A DNA stretch of 64,000 nucleotides from an uncultured Gammaproteobacteria bacterium. Lineage in GTDB: Bacteria; Patescibacteriota; Patescibacteriia; Magasanikbacterales; UBA922. Position numbers and translations under genes: made by a program. The stretch spans positions 83,697-147,696 of the forward strand of contig CAZTEU010000002.1 in the NCBI GenBank assembly GCA_964612105.1, written 5' to 3'. Positions 9,125 to 19,448 of this stretch are shown piece after piece. The notes under the pieces are model-generated. The model made no database searches. It was not told the origin of the DNA and saw only the letters and a list, made by a program, of their open reading frames with translations. The number at the start of each line of letters is the position of its first letter. The stretch's first letter is position 1.

Positions 9125-10234
9125 TCACTTCTTGAGACAGGCGCCAGCACCAGTGCAGACCTCATTAGACCCGCAGTCTTTGTTGGTCTGACATTCATAG
9201 CACCAGTACACGGCACGAGGCTTCGTGGCCAGGAGCTTTCCATCCTCGGACTCGACGGCGACGCCCGAACCACAGTAGGGCTTCTCCGAGGGACAACCGA
9301 CCTCTATCGACTTGTCCGATGTGACCGCCGTGCATTGCTGACAGAGTCCGTAGCTCCCGTTGTGCATAATGCAATACTCGCCCCATGACGAGCCCTTGCA
9401 GTCCAAATCAGTCTCGCAAAGACCACTGTTGATGCACGACTTGTCCTGCTCGTGCACACACCCCTTCTTGGGGAGACAGTAGTCGAACGTGCAGAACTTG
9501 CCATCGTCACAGTCGTAGTTGGACTTGCAGACTTCGACGTTCTTGCAATTGCCGGACTTCTTGTCGCACGAGTCAATGGTGTTGGGGTTGCTGTCGTCGC
9601 AGTCCTTGGTACCATCCGACTGGCATTTTTGCTTGAAGAAGTTGCAGAACTCCATCGTGCAGACATTGCCGTCGTCACACGGCAACTTGATGCCTTTCTC
9701 CTGCAGTTCACCAATGCACTTTCCACCAAAGCAGAAGGAGACGTTGGTGCAGAGGTTGCCGTCGTCACAGCTGTCTCCGTCAACCATGGACGCGAAGTTT
9801 TGACAGCCACTGGCTTCGTCACAGGAGTCGGCGGTGCACTCGTTGTTGTCGTGACAATCGACCTGCGAGTGAACACACTCATTGTTGTCGCAGGAGTCGA
9901 TGGTGCAGGAGTTGTAATCCTCGCACTCCTCGTTGGTCTTGCACTCGACCGACGGCTCAATCTCCACCTCGCCTTCTTTCGTCGGCGTGGCGGAAACCGG
10001 AGTCTCCACCGGAACCTCGACCATCTCTTTCTCGATGATGACCGTCTCGACCTCCACCTCCACGGTCTCCGTGTTGGTGATGGTTTTGGTCTCGCCCTCG
10101 ACGATCACGACCTGCGCCGAACTGTCATCGCCAACGCCAGTGTAGTCACTGGTGCAGGCAACGGAATTCAGGATGCCGAGGATGAACGCCAGCGCGAACA
10201 GTTTGCCCAAGTGGGCCTTGATCAGATTCAACAT
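9125..10234 (-). CDS. Cys-rich repeat lipoprotein (C-D-D-G-N-x-C-T repeats)
   Basis: gAAGGAGttagtcATG start; signal peptide ending in lipobox SVAC; Thr/Glu/Val linker; about six CDDGNxCTxDxC-type repeats. Confidence 0.85.
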   Translation of the reverse strand: MLNLIKAHLGKLFALAFILGILNSVACTSDYTGVGDDSSAQVVIVEGETKTITNTETVEVEVETVIIEKEMVEVPVETPVSATPTKEGEVEIEPSVECKTNEECEDYNSCTIDSCDNNECVHSQVDCHDNNECTADSCDEASGCQNFASMVDGDSCDDGNLCTNVSFCFGGKCIGELQEKGIKLPCDDGNVCTMEFCNFFKQKCQSDGTKDCDDSNPNTIDSCDKKSGNCKNVEVCKSNYDCDDGKFCTFDYCLPKKGCVHEQDKSCINSGLCETDLDCKGSSWGEYCIMHNGSYGLCQQCTAVTSDKSIEVGCPSEKPYCGSGVAVESEDGKLLATKPRAVYWCYECQTNKDCGSNEVCTGAGACLKK

Positions 10235-10494
10235 GACTAACTCCTTCACCCGACTTGCGGGTGTTCGGTTTGTGGCGCAACTGCCATTCGGAATCCGTTT
10301 GGACGCCTAGGGTTGTCAGTCGCACCACGCGCTTCCTTCCCATTGCATATCCAGATTGTGGACATACAGTGGGAAGGAAGAAGTAGATTGTAAAGATTGT
10401 TATCTATTGAGTTAGACTCAACAGGCAAGAGCGTAGGAGTGTTGGGCAGGTAATATATTTTCTCCCTCAGCCTATCGCTCTTTTCTGTTGGGTC

Positions 10495-10524
10495 AAACAA
10501 AAACCCTCTCGGGCGAGAGGGGTT
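10495..10524 (-). terminator. intrinsic terminator inside the leader of the Cys-rich gene
   Basis: Minus strand aacccctctc-gccc-gagagggtttttgttt. Confidence 0.7.
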
Positions 10525-10639
10525 GCGGGTTTTGGGCAGATAAAATCTACCTATATAACTCGACATTCCTCTCTCCAGAAATGTTTGGTCAATTGTAATG
10601 GGCCTATTACCAAGGCATTCTCTTTATTTTTAACAACAA

Positions 10640-10668
10640 AGTATATCATAAAAAGAGGGTTTTGTCAA
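10640..10668 (-). promoter_or_regulatory. sigma70-type promoter of the GC-rich unit
   Basis: TTGACA-N17-TATACT with TG extension. Confidence 0.8.
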
Positions 10669-10697
10669 GACCCTAGCTCAATTAAAGTAATAAAAAA

Positions 10698-10744
10698 TGG
10701 CTCAACTAAGCCAAATTATGTAATGTGATGGCTAATATTAGCCA
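10698..10744. promoter_or_regulatory. two palindromic GGCT-N6-AGCC sites
   Basis: tggctcaactaagcca and the perfect palindrome tggctaatattagcca upstream of the -35. Confidence 0.6.
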
Positions 10745-10748
10745 AAAA

Positions 10749-11852
10749 TCACCTCTTCCCATGTAATACAACACTCTGCACCAGACCAACAAGTATAAAA
10801 TTAATGAGGAGAGAGGAGCCTCCATAACTAACAAACGGTAAAGTAAGTCCTGTAACAGGTAAAATACCTATGGTTGCCCCTATATTAACCAACATTTGTA
10901 TAAAAAAGAGTAACATCACCCCTAAAACCGTGTATGCACTAAAATCATCTCTTGTTTGACGTGCAATCCACATTAATCTCCATAATATTAGGAAGTATAA
11001 TCCTAATACTAATGTAATCCCAATAAAACCAAGCTCCTCCCCTATTACAGCAAAAACAAAGTCTGTATGTGCCTCAGGTAAGAAATGTAACTGACTCTGA
11101 GAACCAAAACCAAGCCCCCGACCAAAGAATTGCCCAGAACCTATTGCTATCATTGACTGTTGCACATTGTATCCAGAACCAAGAGGATCTCTCTCTGGTT
11201 GCATAAACGTGATTAAACGATCTTTCTGGTAATCCTGGAAGACAAATAACCACCCTACAGCAAGCAGTAGAATGCCTGTACCAACAATGGCTCCAATGTA
11301 ATGTTTTTTTGTTCCTGTTAACACCAACGCACCAAACCAAATACCAGCAATAATACTTGCAGACCCCAGGTCTGGCTGTAATAAAATTAGTATCACTAAT
11401 ACAGACATAATTAATCCAGAACTCACAACAAACTGCCATGTCTGGAATCTCCTATCATAACGATATATCCAATCTGCAAGAAAAAGTATAAAACCAATCT
11501 TTGCAAACTCAGCCGGTTGGAAAGAGAAGGTTCCAATACGAAACCAACCTGTTGTACCACGGATTGTAACTCCAAGAAACAGAACAGCAATTAATGCAAT
11601 TACAGATAGTCCATAAGCCCACCTTGCTCCTGTCTGATACACCCTAATATGAATAAAAGCAACAACAAAGAGAGCTATTGTTCCAAGGACAAGTGCTGTA
11701 ATTTGCGTTGGAAAATAACTGAGCACATCTCCTTGAGAAAGATCTACACTATATATTGCAGCTATACCGATTGACGTCAAAACAAAAACAAGGATGGCAA
11801 GCATCCAGTCAAACTTATATAAGATTATAAATCTTTTTCTTTTTAGAGGCAT
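10749..11852 (-). CDS. rodA: rod shape-determining SEDS protein RodA
   Basis: FQPAEFAK, LQPDLGS, GSGYNVQQSMIAIGSG, LPEAHTDF, PFVSYGGSS. Confidence 0.93.
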   Translation of the reverse strand: MPLKRKRFIILYKFDWMLAILVFVLTSIGIAAIYSVDLSQGDVLSYFPTQITALVLGTIALFVVAFIHIRVYQTGARWAYGLSVIALIAVLFLGVTIRGTTGWFRIGTFSFQPAEFAKIGFILFLADWIYRYDRRFQTWQFVVSSGLIMSVLVILILLQPDLGSASIIAGIWFGALVLTGTKKHYIGAIVGTGILLLAVGWLFVFQDYQKDRLITFMQPERDPLGSGYNVQQSMIAIGSGQFFGRGLGFGSQSQLHFLPEAHTDFVFAVIGEELGFIGITLVLGLYFLILWRLMWIARQTRDDFSAYTVLGVMLLFFIQMLVNIGATIGILPVTGLTLPFVSYGGSSLLINFILVGLVQSVVLHGKR

Positions 11853-11871
11853 AAGTATCCTGGTGAGGACA

Positions 11872-12873
11872 CTATAAGTCAGTAATAGGCGTAACTTCTA
11901 TACTGTCTGAAGAAGGAGTTTCTATAATACTTTCTGGCTTCTTGAAACCAGGAACAACCTCTAGTGCACGTGCTGGTAGGAATTGTGTCTTGTCAAAAAC
12001 ATCAACGACCGGGTATATATTTATACTTCCTACGCTCAAGCCTTGTGTTGTGTTGCGTATATCTACACTATGGGTTTCTCCTGGACCAAATTCTTCAAGT
12101 ACAGTTTTCATTATTCCAACTGTTTGTGTCCCATTTTTTAGTTCTATATAAAGATCAATGTATTTGTATCCGTATACTGAGTTATTACTTACATCAAAAG
12201 TAATCTTATTTGATGGGATATTATCAGCTACACTGGAAGCTGTAAAGGAAACCTTTTCAAGAGAAAAATTTAACCTCTCTGCGACATAAGAGACAGGATT
12301 AAATACATAGTGAGGACTTATTCGGTTCCATCTAATATATACAAGTTCAAATCGCACATTTGTTGGAAAACCTTCCTCTCTATCAAATCCAATTATAGAA
12401 AGAGGTCTATTCTCCCCGGGAAGCAACTTAACTAAAGCCTCATCTGTTTCTCCCCCATCAAAAGTATACTTATACGTTACCTCAGCTGTATACCTCTGGT
12501 TAGGGTTTGTAACATTAGCAACAAAATCAAAACGATTATTTGCTGGAACAAAAACATCAATTTCCTGTATTTCCAGAGCCTGTGCTTGGTAGAGTGGTTT
12601 TGTCCTATTATAGTTCTGGAATGTTCCGACAACCTGCTGTTCCATGGCCAGATCTTCTGTAATACCAAATACCAAATAATTACCCCAAGCAAAGAGTCCA
12701 TATAGATTGAACCCTACTGCAAATAAAATCAAAGCACCGGTTCCTATTTGTCCCAGAAGTTGACGATTACGCACATACCATTCGCTCAGACGGAGCTGTT
12801 TAGTGGTGTATTCGCCAGTTGGATCAACATACCGGTCCACATTAATTGTTGGTTTCTTTTGTGCTTCTTCCAT
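11872..12873 (-). CDS. hypothetical single-TM protein with beta-rich extracellular domains
   Basis: 333-aa ORF with native composition and one N-terminal TM. Confidence 0.75.
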   Translation of the reverse strand: MEEAQKKPTINVDRYVDPTGEYTTKQLRLSEWYVRNRQLLGQIGTGALILFAVGFNLYGLFAWGNYLVFGITEDLAMEQQVVGTFQNYNRTKPLYQAQALEIQEIDVFVPANNRFDFVANVTNPNQRYTAEVTYKYTFDGGETDEALVKLLPGENRPLSIIGFDREEGFPTNVRFELVYIRWNRISPHYVFNPVSYVAERLNFSLEKVSFTASSVADNIPSNKITFDVSNNSVYGYKYIDLYIELKNGTQTVGIMKTVLEEFGPGETHSVDIRNTTQGLSVGSINIYPVVDVFDKTQFLPARALEVVPGFKKPESIIETPSSDSIEVTPITDL

Positions 12874-12954
12874 ATAACAGGCAATTGTGTACTAATATTA
12901 TACACTATAATGGCGAGGTTTTCTATGCTTGTAATCTGTACGCAATTATGATAG

Positions 12955-15057
<2,103 letters not shown>

Positions 15058-15081
15058 AACTTAATTTTAAAAAGGAGGGGT

Positions 15082-15492
15082 ATGGGGGGATTTTTTTATA
15101 GAACTAAAGCGAATAGGTGCTGTAAAACCTCATTTACAGAAGCTATGGATTTTGGTTTAGCTAAATTACCAAAAAGCGCAAAGAAAACTCGGAGGCGTGC
15201 TTTTGTGCGTTCGATGTATTTTTCAAAGCAGAAAATATTTTTAGATCTTTTTTGGAGGCATTTATATCAGAAAAATATCAGTAATAGGAGGAGGAGAATT
15301 CGTCTGTTGGAAGCTGGTTTGGAATTGATTAGAAAATCAAAATTAGAACCTTCAAAAATACAAAATCCAAATAATTCTAAAGAATATTTTTATAAGTTTT
15401 TAGGAAAAACAAAGGACGGATATCCATTCTGTGTGCAAATTAAAGAAGATAAAAATAAACAAAAATGGCTTATGTCAATATTTCCAAAATAA
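15082..15492 (+). CDS. basic nuclease/toxin-like protein, paralog of 45407-45823
   Basis: Shares RRxxVRSxxFxKxKIFLDxFWRHLxQKN...RFxGxT...FxVQ...xLxSxFP with the paralog; AAGGAGGG SD. A RelE/BECR-like fold is inference only. Confidence 0.75.
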   Translation: MGGFFYRTKANRCCKTSFTEAMDFGLAKLPKSAKKTRRRAFVRSMYFSKQKIFLDLFWRHLYQKNISNRRRRIRLLEAGLELIRKSKLEPSKIQNPNNSKEYFYKFLGKTKDGYPFCVQIKEDKNKQKWLMSIFPK

Positions 15493-15548
15493 AAAAGACC
15501 AGGGCCACTGATGTGTGGTTTATAAACCACCGCCTCAGGTCTTTTCAT
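15491..15548 (-). ncRNA. candidate small RNA convergent to 15082-15492
   Basis: Promoter TTGACA-N16-TACAAT (15582-15555); outer stem aagacc/ggtctt, inner stem gtggtt/aaccac, U-tail; homologous to 45353-45406. Confidence 0.55.
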
Positions 15549-15589
15549 ATCCTCATTGTAGCACAATGAAAAACTCTGTCAATACAAAC

Positions 15590-15614
15590 AAAAAACCCCG
15601 TTTGGGGATTTTTT
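15590..15614. terminator. intrinsic terminator of the 16710-15763 unit
   Basis: aaaaaacccc-gttt-ggggattttt. Confidence 0.75.
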
Positions 15615-15762
15615 ATTCTCTCAAGACTCCTAGTGTTAAGAAACTTGAGGGATTGGACTTTTGATGAGAGTCCAAACTCCGAGCGAGGCGTAGTGTGGTT
15701 TGTCGTCTAGCAACATCACCACAAACTTCGTCTGTTCGGCCTCGCTTGGTTGGAGCGAGGTC

Positions 15763-16710
15763 TTAGAGCATTGGATCAGTCGCCTTCTTGGGACGATCGA
15801 TCCAGTCACTCATGCTGATCACACGACCAGCCTGAGCGGACTTGACACCCTTGGTCTTCGTCAGGTGCTTGGCGATGAATTTCAGAATCTCATCCTTGGT
15901 GAAGGTGCTGTCACCGAACGGGGCAAAGACCGAGGTCTTCTTCCCGATGGTGAACTTGGCGTCCTTCTCGTACTCGAGGTACAGGGCAAAGATGGGATCC
16001 TTTTTGGTCTCGTAGGTGTTGAAGACCCCGGGCGTGTTCTCCATGAAGCGGTCCGTCCAACCACCGTCATCCGACGGGATTGGTGGTCTGAAATGGACAA
16101 CGAGCCTATGATCACGGACGACAGCCAGCCAGTGGTGCGTGCCGGTCTTCTTGGAGACCATCTTGCCGACACCAGCCGGTCGGATGTAGTTGGACCAATA
16201 AGGGAAGTCCCGCACGAAACGCTCTTCCAGACTCGGCATGACCTCACAGAGGATTCTCTCCTCCTGCTCGCACCAGAACTGGGTCGCCCACAGCAGGTTC
16301 TTGTAGGTTCCCAACTCGCGCTTGCAGACGCCGAGCTTGTGATCAGCATCGCGGAGATCCTTCAGGTCTCTCTGCTGAGCCTCTTTGTCCTTCTTCTGTT
16401 TCTCTTCCGCCTGAGCAACAGGCCAACAGCTTGCCAGGAAGATACCAACTTCCCGCTTGAGCTCGGTGGCGTCCTTCTTGACCACCTTGTCACGGCGGAA
16501 GCTCGCGTACGAACCACGGTACTCGCTGATCAGCGAATACGCCCTGTTCTTCCGCTGAGTATCACCAGACTTGTCCGCACACTCGACCGCCTCTTTGAGG
16601 AGGTTGTCGACCACGCTGTACGTGACCTCTTCCTCTTCCCTCTCAGTCTGGCAACCCAGGACGGACATGCTGGTCGCAACGAGCACGAGACACACAAACA
16701 AATTCTTCAT
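15763..16710 (-). CDS. hypothetical lipoprotein (GC-rich, SD-led orphan)
   Basis: gGGAGattgagATG start; signal MKNLFVCLVLVATSMSVLG-C (lipobox); coiled-coil middle. Confidence 0.8.
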   Translation of the reverse strand: MKNLFVCLVLVATSMSVLGCQTEREEEEVTYSVVDNLLKEAVECADKSGDTQRKNRAYSLISEYRGSYASFRRDKVVKKDATELKREVGIFLASCWPVAQAEEKQKKDKEAQQRDLKDLRDADHKLGVCKRELGTYKNLLWATQFWCEQEERILCEVMPSLEERFVRDFPYWSNYIRPAGVGKMVSKKTGTHHWLAVVRDHRLVVHFRPPIPSDDGGWTDRFMENTPGVFNTYETKKDPIFALYLEYEKDAKFTIGKKTSVFAPFGDSTFTKDEILKFIAKHLTKTKGVKSAQAGRVISMSDWIDRPKKATDPML

Positions 16711-16816
16711 CTCAATCTCCCGCTCCCGTTGCATTAGGGAGCTCAGTTTCGATACGCGTAGGACCTCCCCACGCACACCAGATAAAGCTCCATAAATACA
16801 CTATTATGGACGTACA

Positions 16817-16935
16817 ACTATAGCATATTTATAGTGTTTTGTCAAGACCTTATGGCTAATTTTTGGCTAAAATAAGCTTTTTTTATTACTTTTTCCATGC
16901 CCAAACTTGACAAATGACACAAAAAATGATAAATT
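16817..16935. promoter_or_regulatory. divergent sigma70 promoters sharing a central GCTAAAATAAGC site
   Basis: Minus strand TTGACA(16845)-N17-TATAGT; plus strand TTGACA(16907)-N17-TAAATT; 12-mer at 16866-16877. Confidence 0.75.
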
Positions 16936-16939
16936 ATGC

Positions 16940-17150
16940 CCGCTGGTTGGCACGGACACACCGGCGTGCGTTTTTCGTACGTGTCCCACAGCAGGAAGTT
17001 GCCGAACCAAATTGTGACGACCAGAGCCTGAAAGGTGAGCCTGAACACCACATGCGGATTATCCTTCGGGAGAAGCCGCGTGAAGGACATGCCCAGTCCG
17101 TATGATCTTGACTTCTTGTCAATTTTGTACGGGCTGGGCTATTGATTTTT
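16940..17150 (+). ncRNA. candidate structured ncRNA (~200 nt)
   Basis: Own promoter; stems tggttggca/tgccgaacca, ggacac/gtgtcc, catgcgg/ccgcgtg with cUUCGg loop; terminal gcccagtccgta/tacgggctgggc; no convincing ORF. Confidence 0.55.
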
Positions 17151-17252
17151 TAGTGAAAATTACAAAATCTTATGCACACTTGACAAAATATATATATTGA
17201 TATATAATACTCCCAGAAATTCCGGCCACAGGCCGTTTTTAAATACTTATAT

Positions 17253-17444
17253 ATGACTGTGATTAAAAAGCTAAGAGATTACCTACGAGGAGCTGTATCT
17301 GAGCTCAGAAAGGTTACTTGGCCTACACAAAAGCAGACCACAAGTTACTCAATCGTGGTTATAGCACTAACACTAGGAGTTGCTGCTTACTTTGGAATCT
17401 TGGACTTTGTTTTTAGTAAAGCCCTAAACCTTCTTATTTCATAA
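17253..17444 (+). CDS. secE: preprotein translocase subunit SecE
   Basis: ELRKVTWP plus one TM; precedes nusG. Confidence 0.95.
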   Translation: MTVIKKLRDYLRGAVSELRKVTWPTQKQTTSYSIVVIALTLGVAAYFGILDFVFSKALNLLIS

Positions 17445-17447
17445 AAT

Positions 17448-17993
17448 ATGGCAAAACAAACATTAGACCTCGGACGCAGATGGTATGTATTACATACATA
17501 CAGTGGTTACGAGGAAAACGTAAAAAGAAATTTGGAACAGCGTATAGATACTTTTGATATGACAGATAAGATATATTCTGTAATGGTTCCAAAAGAAAAA
17601 AAGATTAAAATTAAGAATGGAAAACGCCAGGTTGTAGAAGAGAAAATCTTCCCTGGATATGTTTTGGTAGAAATGATTGTTACAGATGACTCTTGGTATG
17701 TTGTACGTAACACACCAAACGTTACTGGTTTTGTTGGTTCTGGAACAACTCCTGTGCCTGTAGATGCAAAAGAAGTAGAATCATTAATGGGAAGAATGAA
17801 TGTAGAAGAACCAACACACAAAATCGATGTTAATGTTGATGATCCTGTGCGTATTAGTGATGGACCATTCAAGAACTTCGAAGGAAAAGTGTCAGATGTA
17901 GATGAATCACGTGGAAAGATCAAAGTATTGGTCAGCATGTTCGGACGTGAAACTCCTGTTGAGTTGGACGCATTGCAAGTTAAGAAATTATAA
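17448..17993 (+). CDS. nusG: transcription termination/antitermination factor NusG
   Basis: WYVLHTYSGYE, FPGYVLVEM, KOW domain, MFGRETPVEL. Confidence 0.98.
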   Translation: MAKQTLDLGRRWYVLHTYSGYEENVKRNLEQRIDTFDMTDKIYSVMVPKEKKIKIKNGKRQVVEEKIFPGYVLVEMIVTDDSWYVVRNTPNVTGFVGSGTTPVPVDAKEVESLMGRMNVEEPTHKIDVNVDDPVRISDGPFKNFEGKVSDVDESRGKIKVLVSMFGRETPVELDALQVKKL

Positions 17994-18054
17994 AAGAAAC
18001 AATGCAGACTGCCTACTTGTAGGGCTTCTCTTTCTGCGAATTAAGAATTAAAAT

Positions 18055-18480
18055 ATGGCTAAAAAATTATTGACACAGATTAAATTACAGATTCCTGGAG
18101 GAGCAGCTAATCCAGCTCCACCAGTAGGACCTGCGCTTGGACAGCACGGATTAAACATACAAGATTTTTGTACTCAGTTTAATAATGCCACAGCAGATAA
18201 AAAGGGAGAAATTGTACCTGTAATTATTAACGTATACGAAGACCGTAGTTTTGACTTTATTACTAAGGTTGCTCCAGCAAGTGCTTTAATTAAGAAGGCT
18301 GCTGGACTAAAAAGTGGTTCCGGAAGTCCACTAAAAGAAAAGGTTGGAAAGATTACAAAGGCTCAACTAAAAGAAATTGCAGAAAAGAAAATGCCAGACC
18401 TAAATGCAAACGATATAGAAGCAGCAATGAAAATTATTGCTGGTACGGCTCAACAGATGGGTGTGCAGGTGGAAGGATAA
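18055..18480 (+). CDS. rplK: 50S ribosomal protein L11
   Basis: [15 protein letters not shown]. Confidence 0.98.
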   Translation: MAKKLLTQIKLQIPGGAANPAPPVGPALGQHGLNIQDFCTQFNNATADKKGEIVPVIINVYEDRSFDFITKVAPASALIKKAAGLKSGSGSPLKEKVGKITKAQLKEIAEKKMPDLNANDIEAAMKIIAGTAQQMGVQVEG

Positions 18481-18535
18481 TATAAAAGATATAAAACTCG
18501 CCAAACAAGGCGAGTTTTTGGTATACTGTCTGCAT

Positions 18536-19447
18536 ATGATTACACCAAAAATAGCTATTATAGGAGCAGGTGCTGTTGGTTCTACTGCAGCGTATGCTTC
18601 AGCAATAAAAAATATTTCTTCAGAAATTCTTTTAATAGATATTAATGAAAGGAAAGAGCAGGGAGAGGTAATGGATATTGGAGATGGACTTTGTTTTGTG
18701 CAGACAGGCTGTGTTAAAGGTGCAGATTTCAAGGATGCACGCAGTGCAGATATTATTGTTATTACTGCTGGCGCTCCACAGAAACCTGGAGAAACTCGTT
18801 TAGACTTAGTAGAGAAGAATAAAAAGATATTGAGATCTATTTTTAAGAGCATAGGTAAATTAAAAAAGAGTGCGGTAGTACTTATCGTAGCAAACCCTGT
18901 AGATGTTCTTACTTACGAAGCTCAGAAAATAACAAAATTACCAAAGTCACAAGTGTTTGGTTCTGGTACAGGACTAGATACTGCAAGGTTAACCTTCCAT
19001 GTTGCTAAACATTTTAAGGTCAGTCCACAAGATGTAGATGGATATGTGCTTGGAGAACATGGAGACAGTGGGTTCATAGCCTGGAGTTCTATAAGCGTTG
19101 GTGGAGTACCCGTATCCCAACTCAAAGGTTTTACAAAAAAAGATGAGAAACGAATAGAAAATAAGGTTCGTAGAGAAGCATATGAAATAATAAACAGAAA
19201 AGGTGCAACATATTATGGTATTGGTTTGGTTATTGCAGATATATTAGAAGCCATAGTGTATGATCAACACAAAGTAATGCCTGTGACATCCAGACTAAAA
19301 AACTGGAACGGTGTGTCTGGTATATGTCTAGGCTCCCCTGCTGTAATTGGAAATTCAGGAATAGAAAAACACTGGCCACTAAAACTTACAGCTCAGGAAA
19401 AGAAGAAGTTACATAAATCTGCGAAGGTAATAAAACAATATATTTAA
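18536..19447 (+). CDS. ldh: L-lactate dehydrogenase (LDH/MDH family)
   Basis: GAGAVG, AGAPQKPGETRLDL (Gln, lactate-type), ANPVD, LDTAR, GEHGDS, KGATYYGI; ATG 18536. Confidence 0.9.
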   Translation: MITPKIAIIGAGAVGSTAAYASAIKNISSEILLIDINERKEQGEVMDIGDGLCFVQTGCVKGADFKDARSADIIVITAGAPQKPGETRLDLVEKNKKILRSIFKSIGKLKKSAVVLIVANPVDVLTYEAQKITKLPKSQVFGSGTGLDTARLTFHVAKHFKVSPQDVDGYVLGEHGDSGFIAWSSISVGGVPVSQLKGFTKKDEKRIENKVRREAYEIINRKGATYYGIGLVIADILEAIVYDQHKVMPVTSRLKNWNGVSGICLGSPAVIGNSGIEKHWPLKLTAQEKKKLHKSAKVIKQYI

Positions 19448-19448
19448 T

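Noticed and set aside
7732-10240. Long overlapping ORFs (7732-8280, 8459-9388, 9452-10240, 9304-9960 and others)
   Set aside because: Shadow ORFs expected from GC-rich codon bias; the minus-strand frames carry the SDs, signal peptide and promoter.
15391-15547. Leaderless peptide from the AUG at the start of the convergent sRNAs
   Set aside because: Not conserved: copy B stops after six codons while copy A reads on antisense into the CDS.
15700-16737. 345-aa plus-strand ORF
   Set aside because: Antisense shadow of the lipoprotein gene, with a TTG start and no SD or promoter.
16940-17250. tRNA-Trp, often found upstream of secE
   Set aside because: No cloverleaf, TTCGA T-loop or CCA end found.
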